Source: Octopus sinensis (lineage: Eukaryota). From it: DNA of 64,000 nucleotides. The notes under the pieces are model-generated. The model made no database searches. It was not told where the DNA came from and saw only the letters and a list, made by a program, of their open reading frames with translations. Location: NCBI RefSeq assembly GCF_006345805.1, contig NC_042999.1:132804001-132868000 (forward strand). Reading direction: 5' to 3'. The position numbers and the translations under genes are program-made. Below are positions 52,861 to 64,000 of this stretch, piece by piece; within the stretch, counting starts at the first letter, position 1, and each line of letters starts with the position of its first letter.

Positions 52861-53379
52861 ACCAATTGTCGATGACAGTACTGAAGATAGTGGTGGCAGA
52901 AATTTTTGTGAAGGTATTACTAGAGTCCATAATGGTGGCCATATTGTTAGGCCGATGGTGTTGACAATGTTTTTAATGACAGGCCAAGCGGTGGTGGTGT
53001 AGGCGTTGGTGTGTTTTCAAACCATCTATAACACCGAACAGACTAATGACATTACAGGTTGTAAGTAAGACGTCTTGTTGTGACTCGCAAATGACACTCA
53101 AAGATTAATAAAGGCGATAACACATTAGAAATGCGATGTTAGTATTCAAGATAAAAGCTGATGACGCGAAATATAATTTGGCTTTGCAAACGAAGATTGA
53201 TGGAGGCGGGGTGTTTATGTCACCTGTAGGCCCACTGGTGACTGGTTGGGCCAATACTAAATAGGTACACCCAGCAGCAGCTCTAAGGAAATTCTGTTCA
53301 AATTTGGGAGCTGCTATGTCATTGGTTCTTAAAGGCAACCCTACGTGCTTTCGCAAAGCATAGCGCTACACCATCTATC

Positions 53380-54087
53380 AAATGGAAGCTTAATTAAACC
53401 ATTGGTGATGGTAAATGTATTATGCACTAAGGGATTTATTCAATGTTAAATTTACCTTTTGTCGCTGCTTTTCTGCTCACGGTAGTATGCAGTGAGTTTG
53501 CCATGCAACATATTAGGCAGATGATGACTCACTGTCCTAGAAATGTCTGTTTGAGGGTTTTGTCGCATAGGAGTAATCGATGTTTTTCTTATTTAGTGAC
53601 TGTGAATACGTTCTGGTGCAACAGAACATGTCAAGAAGGAATATTTCCGAAGATTTTGTTGCGCATGTGTGGATCGCTATGTGTCCGCAGTTTAGAGCTG
53701 GGGAGCAAAACGAGAAGTGTAGACCTGTAATAAATATGAACAAGCAGGCTGAAATTTTCCATTGCATACTTTGTGATTGATGATAAATGGAAGTGTAAAG
53801 GTTGTCAAGCAGATATTTCCGATCAGATAAATCATATAGTAGTATTTCTTTCAAAATATTGTCCATAATAATTGGTGTTTCTCCTTTCCTGTTTTGATGT
53901 GGTGTTTTTGTTAGTCTTCATAGATTAACAATTTCTTACATTGACATTTTTCGGTGAATAGTATGATCAATTGTATTGATTGCTAAGACATGGCTGCTAT
54001 TTATCTTATCGATTCCAAATGATAAAAGTTAAAGTCGTCCACCGAAGAATATAGATCAGGTAATAATATACTGGACGTGTGGGTTAA
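53380..54087 (-). mobile_element. Possible decayed piggyBac remnant
   Basis: YLLDNLYTS (cf. DNxY/FTS), IFLLDM-like segment, 'gggttaa' terminus-like motif at 54081-54087. Confidence 0.35.
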
Positions 54088-54980
54088 ATTTGACGATTTC
54101 TTTTATGTCTCCTCTTTTTTTTCAGGAACAGCTTGATGTATTGGTGAACAGTGAAAGGCATTGTAGAGCATAAAGATTAAATTTATAGTTGAGAAAAAGT
54201 TAGCTGACATTGAGGACTGAAAGCTGTGTGAATATTGGAAAAGATTTACCTTATCATGAAGATACGCGCTGGCATTGAAATGCTGAAATCATGACTGCTG
54301 CTCAAAGCTTTGTGAACACTTTAAGCGTTGTAAGACATGACATGGACTGCTGCAACGGTGACAACGAAGCCGTAGCCTGCAGGACGTGTAACGGCAGACA
54401 TTTTGACTGATTCCTCACGCCAGAATTCATGACCACATCTTTGAACAAGGCCATACAGTTTTTCTTCGTCGAACACAGTACGTATGTTTATTTCGGACTA
54501 CATCGTTCAGCGTATCCTTCCTAAGATAGTCATGTGTAATTTGAAGATGGTTTCGTAGCTATTTCTGGTGACAGAGTATATCATCTCTGTTATTGTAACT
54601 GTAGTTGTTTAGCCCTAGGTTAATCCTCATTGAGCAGCCCTATCATTTGCTGTTATTTCTGTTGTTTTGTAACCCTGGTCCAACCCTGATTGGGTAGGCC
54701 TTTAAACAAAGGCGTACCAACCACGACCATCTTTTGTAGGGTATGACAACTTCATCACATGTCGTGTTTTTATACAAGACAGTTAAATGTGATTTGATGG
54801 AGATTTGGCTGCTATCTTTTGCAGAACTAGCAACTGTATGGAAGCTGCCTCTCTTGTGACAGTGAAAATGGGATCGTCAACTGTCGTGGACTTTGTGTGG
54901 CGTATGTAAACATTAAATTTTATTATACGAACATTTTGGAAACTCTCTCAAACTATTCAGCCTATATTAAAGGTGTGTGT

Positions 54981-55067
<87 letters not shown>

Positions 55068-55396
55068 TGTAGGGAGAAACTAAACAACGAAGAAGTAGAA
55101 AAAACGTTCCAGCAAGTAGAAGTTTGGTTGTTGGGTAGGACTGACGATTTAGTGAGGGTGGCTGTTGAGCAAGTACGTCAACACTTGTCACCCTGTGAAA
55201 ATGGAGTCATCTGTCACTGAGATAAACTCTTCCTGTTGATATCTCTGACATATTTGAATATAAACATACGCAGATGCACATATACATAGATACATGCATA
55301 CATTCGTAAGTGTGTAAATAAATACTTGAGTACGTACACACAAGCTTACATACATACACATACATATGTGTGTGTATAAACGTGTTATATAATGTG

Positions 55397-55427
<31 letters not shown>

Positions 55428-55510
55428 GTGTGTGTGTGTGTGTATGTATGTATTTATATATATATGCATACATATATATATGTATATATATAGATATGTA
55501 TGTGTGTGTA

Positions 55511-55598
<88 letters not shown>

Positions 55599-55599
55599 C

Positions 55600-57708
55600 T
55601 TCTGTTTTTTATTATTATTATAACTCTTCCACTGAAGAGGGAGCCTGTTACCAACAAAGGTACAAGGCTCCCTCTGTGGGATGTAGTTTACATAGACAAA
55701 TTCACATTTGCAACTTGCATATTTTTACTGTTCCACTCACAGATTGGACTTGTAATGTACAAATCAGCCTATCAATTTCTCTTTCTGAAATCCCAGTTTA
55801 TCCAGATTCTCCTGTAAGCATTTACTAACAAAACTTAGTGCTCCAATTATTGGTATGAAAATGAATTCATAGTCTGGATATCGAAGCTGGACGTTTTGGA
55901 GCAGTTGTCCATAGATATCCTCTTTTTCTTTGTTTTTAAAGAGATGTTTATATCTGCAGGACAGCTGATCTCTATGATGGTACATACCTTTGCCCATTTT
56001 CCCTAACAACAATATCCGGCTTGTTTTGCTTACATTTGACAAAAGTTTTGATTGGAATATTCCACCAGTATTCCTTGAGTTGGTGTTTATGAATGTATTC
56101 CATAACAGAAGGATTTTCCAAGTTTATCTTTTCTTGCGGATGGCATTGTTTTAGCAACAGCATCGTGCCGCATAGCGAGGTAGTACCGTGACGACATTTT
56201 AGGACAGCTGCTAATCACATGCGTAATGTCTTCCACAGAAACATGACATAACCAACACATGCGGTTGCACTTTCGAATTACATGAGTGTCACTGTCTCTA
56301 TTAAGCTTCCGAGCAACATACTGATGCATGGTCACTTTTGTGTATGCTGAGTGTTTTCCATTCAAGTCTTCCTTAAGGTAAGACATCCAAGCTGTTTTGA
56401 GGCTGAGTAGATCATCAGGAAGAGAGTGTTGTTCACTGCCAACCCGTACAATGTTGCCCACTTCACTTTTTAGGACTGCATTAATATATTTATTTTTGCT
56501 GCTGTTATTTAGCAGGTACTGCTTGAGTGATACCATACGGTTTTCGAAGGCTATCTGTACTGATCACCTTCATTTTTTCTCAGGCAAAGCCTATCAACAT
56601 CACTGTATCTGTGGAAGTTCCCAGTTGTTGTCCAGATTTTGCGGGATTTGATATAAATGGGATGGAGTTCCTCTACAGACCAATCAAGTATCCCAGATGT
56701 TGGGATCAGCATTGGTACTGCAAATGCATTGTGGGATATTGTTCTGTTGTAAGTGAAGAGTTCCGACTGTCATATTTTCCTAAGTCTGGTATAATATTCT
56801 CAGTCACTCTATCTTTATTCACAGTCCTTTCATATGATACATTTTTGTCTATGCCTAGGTACTTGTAACATTCTTTGTGTGGAATGGGGGAGATAGAGAG
56901 ACCGTTGATGCACAGATTTTGGGTTTGCGGGACTGGCTTTCTTCGTTCTATAACCAAATACGAACATTTCTTTTAGCCAAATTCCATACCTATATCAGCT
57001 GGAAATGTTATTAGTTCCAGTTGTTTTTTGGCATTGTTAAAACTTTTAGCATAAATCTTCAGGTCACTACAAATAAATTATGAGTTACATTGATATTTCT
57101 AGCAGTTGAAGGCTCTACCCAGTAACCATTTGTTTTCTGAAGTAGGAACGATAATGGATTCAAACTGAAAATAAGTACAGAAAGACTATCTGTCTGGAAT
57201 ATTTCCTCTGTAATGCCTATACTATTAGAAAGAATTATTCTGTCCTCAGTTGTAAGGGTAAGAATAGTTGTCCATGTCTTTGTGATTCTCTCTATAGCCG
57301 CAATTAAGATAGTAGGCACTTGTTTTGCCAGATGTAGGCAATTCAACAGCCATGAATGAGGGATAGAGTCAAATGCCTTCTTATAGTCAAGCCATACTAT
57401 CACAAGTTTTTTGCGTTGTTTTCTTACTTCAGACAGTACAGCCTTGTTTATTAAAAGTTGTTCGGCACATTCCAACATTCCCTTCTTTCCATCAGCCTGT
57501 TCATCAGTCACAATCTTGTTCGACTCACAATGGTCCAGGAGGAATTGGTTGAGGTAGCTTGTGTACAGTTTGTACACAATGTTTAGGCAAGCAGTGGGCT
57601 TGTAGTTTCCTGCCATCTCGGTGATTTTATTTTTGGCAACAAGAATTCTCCTTGCTGTAGCAAGCCAATTTGGTATATCAGTCTGACCTGTCATAATCCT
57701 TTTGAACA

Positions 57709-57760
<52 letters not shown>

Positions 57761-57890
57761 AATATATATATATATCAATTGGTTTCTATAATATGTCAGC
57801 TTCTTGTACCAATATCCAACTATTAGATCCCTTTCAGGTGCCTTCCCATTTTGCAGTTTATCTACTGCTATAGCGAAAGTTTCTGCATCA
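55600..57890 (-). mobile_element. 5'-truncated, decayed R4/Dong-like RLE non-LTR retrotransposon
   Basis: KAPERDLIVGYWYK, NYKPTACL, WLDYKKAFDSIPHSWL, IFQTDSLS, YKYLG, CCHC CWLC..HVISSC, RHD, KPDIVV, IIGAL; 3'UTR hairpin and (TAA)n tail. Confidence 0.9.
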
Positions 57891-57961
57891 ATTATATGTA
57901 TGTACGTATGTATGTATGTATGTATGTATGTATGTAGTATGTATGTATGTATGTATGTATG

Positions 57962-58010
<49 letters not shown>

Positions 58011-59809
58011 AACAATTAACTTAGTAGAAAGAGCTGCATAAAATCCGATGAAAGCCTCTCTAATTTATCATTTATTGATAAATCTCTACATATTGCACAT
58101 GGCTCAATCCTGCGGACATCTGAAGCTTCAACGTTAATAAGGGAATATTCAGTTGCTGTGCAGCTAAAAACAGAAAACCCCTCAGCCATGATATCAAGAA
58201 TTTAGTTTTTAATAATGGGTGAGCTCCAAAGTATATGAACCTCTAACTTTTCTTTGTTTTCCTTAGATCAAAGATGTAGAAATTACAGAAGTTTCTTACA
58301 GTTAATAACAGAAAATTTGCCTACAGTTACTGCATTTTTACGCATAACGTCATGTTTTGAAGGGCAGTGCTCAGTAGATTTTAAGTAACAATTTTCGAGT
58401 ATTCTCGGTTCCAAGATACTTAATGCTTTTGTGTGGCATTTAGTTGATCTAAAACTATTTTTTTTACTTTGCGTTCGCTTGAGAGTTTACTCAGCTCATC
58501 GTCATCTGTACCGTTGTTTGTATCCTTTGTGAGCTAGTTATATTTTTTGCCAGTTTCTAGACCAGAATACATGAAGCACTTTAGAAGATTAACTTCGTGT
58601 TTCATATGAATGTTATAGGTAAGCTAAAGAAAAAAAAAACTTAAACCATTCGTTCTTGAGAGCTCTGCTAGGCTTATTTGATCTAGTTTCAATGACTTTG
58701 TCCTGTGGAGGTATCAGAGCCATTACAGATTCATGGGTTACATCGTAATTTTTGTAACTTGAAACATTTTCAGCTGCAAAAGAAGAAGGCTCTGTTGAGA
58801 CTCGAGGTGTTTGTGCAGTATTCTGACTTTTTCTGTCAACAACGCTGTTTTTGACATCAGTTTAGAAAGTTATATGAATTGATAAAATCATTTTTGTTAT
58901 CAATATCACACCTTTCTTTATCTCAATGATTTGGTGCTGAATGTTTTCAAATAAAGAACTCAGTGTCTATTGCGATTTTTCAAGCACTAATGTAAACACA
59001 GCTCGAAAAGTAATAACAATCATAACAAGGTTTTCTTTTTCTAAGCAAGATCTATTTGTTTAATGTATTCTGTATATTCAGTGCGTCTATGATAAAACCG
59101 TTGAGAGTGCTTTTTCTATGATGAGATTTAGGATATAAATTTTGTATTTGGGCTCCTACAAGAACAGAACAAACACCGAAGGGAGTGATTTCATACGTTT
59201 TACCTCTGGATTGTCGTTGGATCGCCATAATATTATCTTCTCTCCTCTCACTTGCATTAAATTTTATTCTCCGTTAGTTTTACCTTTCATTTTCTCATTC
59301 TCGCACACATCCCTTTTTTAAAAGCTCTTTCATATCTTTTATTTTATATCTTTTAATTATTCAGTCACTCAACTGCGGCCATGCTGGGACAATGCCTTGA
59401 ACGATTTAGACGTACAAACCAATCGAAGTACTTATTTACGTATTTTTTTTAAAGTCTGCTATTTATTCTAGCGGTAACTTTTCGCCGAACCGCTAAGTTA
59501 CGGGATGATTCAATCTTAAGCGTATTTATATCATTCTGCATCAGCTTATTTTTCTCGTTTATATAGCAAATACCCACTCCATATTTTTAAAATAAAGGAT
59601 ATATTTTTTATCAATTACATAATATATTTTCCTTTTAATCCTTCAGTTCTTGTTATGAGATTCAAAACCAGTTCTCTTGTTTAGGTACTATACACTGATT
59701 TAATATTCCATTTCTCATAATTGTCCGAAATTGTTAGTTTCCAATAAATGACATAACCCTTGTTTGATGATAGAGATCTCACTTTTGTTCTTTATATTCG
59801 CATTAATGA

Positions 59810-59812
59810 CTT

Positions 59813-59868
<56 letters not shown>

Positions 59869-60031
59869 CCTATCTATCTACTATCAATCTAATCTTGTGC
59901 GTGTGTCTGTTTTTATGCACATGCCTGCATGTTTATATGTCAGTTTTTACATACAAGTGCAGACATGTATATATGTGTGGTGTATGTATATATATATATC
60001 TTATATTATATATCATATAGATATATATATA

Positions 60032-60062
<31 letters not shown>

Positions 60063-60255
60063 CATATATATATACATGTATATATATTATACATATATAT
60101 ATACATGTATATATAATACATATATACATACATATATATATATATATATTATATCTATATATATATATATATACATATATATATACACGTATATATATAT
60201 ATATATATATATATATAACATATATATATACACGTATATATATATAATATATCTA

Positions 60256-60296
<41 letters not shown>

Positions 60297-60377
60297 TATA
60301 TACACGTATATATATATACATATATATATACACGTATATATATACATATATATATACATGTATATATATATACATAT

Positions 60378-60419
<42 letters not shown>

Positions 60420-60450
60420 TCTATATATACGTACATATATATACATATAT
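59810..60450. repeat. (TATC)n and long (TA)/(TACA) microsatellite complex
   Basis: Visible directly. Confidence 0.9.
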
Positions 60451-60769
60451 GCAATAGGTGCATGCTGCGTGTATGTATATATCTATGCATTTATGCATTT
60501 ATGTGCGTACGTATGGATTTCAGTATACAAGTAATGCCGTTTCTTGTAACAGAGAGCTGATGGAAGTGCAGTGTTTAGAGGAACGTAAGGGAAAGGTGTT
60601 GAGCGTAAATGAAAGAAAGATAAATGTTATAAGCTTTGGCATTTAGTGACAATGATAAACGAGATGGCGGCGAGTAGGGTCGGTAGTGATGATGCAGTCA
60701 ACAATTTTTTTTACTGGCACGCACACACACACAGAGGCGTACATACGTACATACACACGCACACACGCA

Positions 60770-60814
<45 letters not shown>

Positions 60815-61809
60815 AGAGGCGTACAGACGTACACATATATTTGCTCTACGTGTTTCTTTTAAACAATTTAATGAAAATGAATCAACAGTAACGCCAGCAT
60901 TAATAACAATAATATCGTTTCCTTTTCGCTTTTTTTAAAAAGTTTGTTCTTTTAATTGTTTTTTTTTAATTTTCGTTACAGAGTTATACTGGCTGAGATT
61001 TATATACATGTAGCAATAAAACTGTGAATTTGCACTGCTCATAGCTTTCCTAAGTTCATTTGAAGATGGAAATACCTAAAGAGACAAGTACGTATATAAT
61101 AACTCTAATTACTAATGACTGCTACGTAAGCAAAACACCAGAGGAACAGCTGCAAGCACAGAAGAAGGTGATGCCATGCTACGAAGAATGACAATTTCTA
61201 CTGCACGAAATGTTCTTTTAAATACTCAAAGCAATCAATCTACAAGGTTCAGTTTCGTTATCCCTCTTCTATTCTAATTAATTGCACTGAGAACATAATG
61301 GGCGTTACAACTTAAGTGTTGATTGCTCTGATGTTACAGTTCTCATTAAATTTGTAATATTCTCTATTTTTCATTTCGAAAAATCCTTATAATAGGGTTG
61401 TATTCCTTCTGATGTCTCCCTCTTTATGATTTCGTATTGAATTTATCAGTCTTTATCTGTTTGTTCCATTAAATTATTCCCCGCGCAGCAGCACAATTAA
61501 TCTATGTAACAGTTACATTGCTATCTTGGCCGAGGAGTAAATTTTAATTCCCTTCGATTCAATTCATTGTAATTTATTGCCATTCTATTTTTATACGAAA
61601 ATTAGTTTGTGTCCCAGGATACAGTTCTGATTTGAACATGCTAAAACAATAAATAGAAAACACTTGAGATAATACAAGAGTAAATACACTGACAATGCAA
61701 AATAATAGAAACATTGCATCACAGACAGCGTGCATGACATACAAATGTTTTATAAGAGAAATAAATATATGTAATAAAGCAACGTAATAAATTTGGCAAT
61801 GTGATACAT

Positions 61810-61972
61810 AGGCGCAGGCATAGGTGTGTGGTAAGAAGCTTGCTTCCTATCCACATGGTTACGGATTCAGTCCCACTGCGTGGCACCTTGGGCAAGTGTC
61901 TTCTAATATATCTTCGAGCCGACCAAAGCCTTTTGAGTGGATTTGGTAGGCAGAAACTGAAAGATGCCCGTC

Positions 61973-62027
<55 letters not shown>

Positions 62028-62238
62028 GTGTGTCTGTGTGTGTGTTTGTACCTTACCACCGCTTAACAACCAGTCTTGGTATGTTTATGTCCCCGTAACC
62101 TAACAGTTCGGCAAAAAAGACCGATAGCATACGTACTTGTTTTTTTTTTTTAAGTCATGGGGTCAATTTGTTCGAATAAACCCTTCAAGGTGGTGCTACA
62201 GCATGGCCGCAATCATGTGATTGCAACAAGTAAAAGAG
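61810..62238 (+). mobile_element. SINE family A, full length
   Basis: Head 'ggcgcaggc..gtgtggtaagaagcttgcttcc', internal (TG)n, tail. Confidence 0.85.
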
Positions 62239-62454
62239 TTACAGAGTAATGGTAAGATATTAAAGTACAAACCCCTCACTGAAATACAGAAATAAGTTTA
62301 TTAATTTCAATACTTGAGAGTGAAGTTTAGATAGTGGTAGCCAGAGCTAAGAATCTATTCCTTATTCTGGGTACCCAAGTTCGAATACATCTGTAACATC
62401 GAGTAGCTGAATGATCTTATGCCTCGGTTGTAACAGAGTTTCCATAATGGAATC

Positions 62455-62826
62455 TTTTATCTTTTACTTGTTTCAGCCCTTTGATTGCGGCCATGCTGGG
62501 GCACCGCTTTGAAAGGTTTTTGTTGAACGAATAAACTCCAGGGCTAATTTTGTAAGCTTAGTACTTATTTTATCGATCTCTTGTCAAACGGTGGTGGGGA
62601 ACAAACACAGAACAAAGACATACCCTCATAGACACACACATACACATACATACACACAAACCCATACACACGCATATCCGGAATATACATGTTTCTTTCG
62701 GTTTCCGTCCACCAAATCCACTCGGAAGGCTTTGGTCTGTCTTAGGATATAGTAGATGACACATCCATGGCGCCATGCAGTGAGACTGAATCCGGAACCA
62801 TGTTTCTGGAAGGCAAGCTTCTTTCC
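62455..62826 (-). mobile_element. SINE family A
   Basis: Minus-strand copy facing the 61810 copy. Confidence 0.8.
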
Positions 62827-63354
62827 ACACAGCCATGCCTGCGCCTAGTGATTGCGATAATAACTTCATATAACGCAAGTAATGTATACATGGAAATAGC
62901 CAGTTTATTTCGTACCATAGCATTTAATAGAATAAGTGTCTCTCAGAGCAAGAATGAATTAGATTGCAAATTTTGTTTCTCTTTATATAATCATTGACCT
63001 TTGTATCGTCGTCAGTTTAACTTTGTCATTCAGTTTTCTTATGTTTGATCTGGCGGTTCCCATAATCCCTGGTGATTATTGTAAATATTCATGAGTGGAG
63101 TTATATCATAGCATGATTATCTTAGTCAACCGTCTGCAAACACTCAGAATAAAAGCCTTTTGATTAGGTGGAATTATTTGCACTAACAAGAAACAGCCTA
63201 ACCTATTTCTCTTTATTATGTCAACAGAAATCCTTGTCTTTAAAACTGCTTATTGTTAGTAGAAACGTAACCCAGTTGCATAACTTCTAATCAATGGAAG
63301 CTCAGTCGATATCGTACCTCATAGTCAATAGATGTTGTTCTTAGAGTAGCAATT

Positions 63355-63665
63355 AGTTCTTAGAGTAGCGCCGGGCTCACAATCATGAGGTAGTGGGTTC
63401 AAATCCCGGCCTGGGCTGTGTGTTGTGTTCTTGAGCTAGACACTTTATTTTCACGTTGCTCCAGCTATAGGAAATAACTTTCAACGTCACTGGTGCCAAG
63501 CTCTATCGGTCCCTGCCTTTCTCTTGGACAACAACGGTGGCGTGGAGAGTGAAGACTGTTATGCATAGGTGACTGCTGGTCTTCGATAAACAACCCTGCC
63601 CGGGCTTGTGCCTCGGAAGAGAACTTTCTAGAAGCAATCCCATGGTCATTCATGACCGAAGGGGA
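63355..63665 (+). mobile_element. SINE family E
   Basis: B box 'ggttcaaatccc'; body homologous to 21078-21345. Confidence 0.75.
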
Positions 63666-64000
63666 ACTTTTTTTGGTGTAACACTTGGTTAACAGAAACT
63701 CTGTTAGTAGTGTTACTCAATGTCAATTAACAAATTCGCTTATATTTTCCCACGTATTCTGCAAATGCCCTGTCCAAAGCATTCCACATGGACAAAGAAA
63801 AGATGACTATTAAGTTGGTCAATGAATGCTCAACACAAACCAAATCTATGAAGCAGGTTTTAGTTCGCTCTAAAAACATTTCCCATTCTATACTTTAATA
63901 GAATCAAAATAACTAAATGCACAAACGCATAGACTACCATCTTACAGACCATATATGCAAAGTTTCTTCTGACGTTGGATTTTAGTAATTTGTAGAATAC

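Noticed and set aside
53155-53185. CTGATGA-CGC-GAAA hammerhead-like string
   Set aside because: No stem II and stem I does not close
54100-54170. Strong 3' splice-acceptor-like sites (54125; also ~60981)
   Set aside because: Downstream frames close quickly and no matching donor or partner exon is evident
58010-59200. Possible continuation of the R4/Dong ORF upstream
   Set aside because: No recognisable motif; many stops in all frames

Overview
AT-rich, repeat-saturated metazoan genomic DNA. The SINE families and extreme microsatellite load look cephalopod (Octopus-like), which is an inference from recognition rather than a database result. No intact host protein-coding gene is supportable, and nearly all ORFs in the track are translations of (TA)n, (CA)n, (TACA)n, (TATC)n, (TAA)n or (GAT)n. 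Real coding remnants are all transposon-derived: a 5'-truncated RTE LINE (40631-43362) with an unusually long ~75-bp target duplication, an R4/Dong-like RLE retrotransposon plus 3' fragments, two kinds of Penelope-like element (PLE) RT/GIY-YIG remnants, Tc1/mariner copies, Helitron/Helentron pieces and a CRE-like 3' end. At least five tRNA-derived SINE families and a tRNA-Val(TAC) pseudogene are also present. The main hidden signal is about 11 minimal type-I hammerhead-ribozyme (HHR) motifs from several unrelated short families. They include two divergent inverted HHR pairs, a recurrent non-canonical CCGANGA core, a solo LTR-like unit (CCAAT-TATA-HHR-AATAAA), and a tRNA-headed SINE-like element whose tail is an intact-looking HHR and which has a PLE-style inverted 5' duplication (a candidate PLE-mobilised 'ribozyme SINE').
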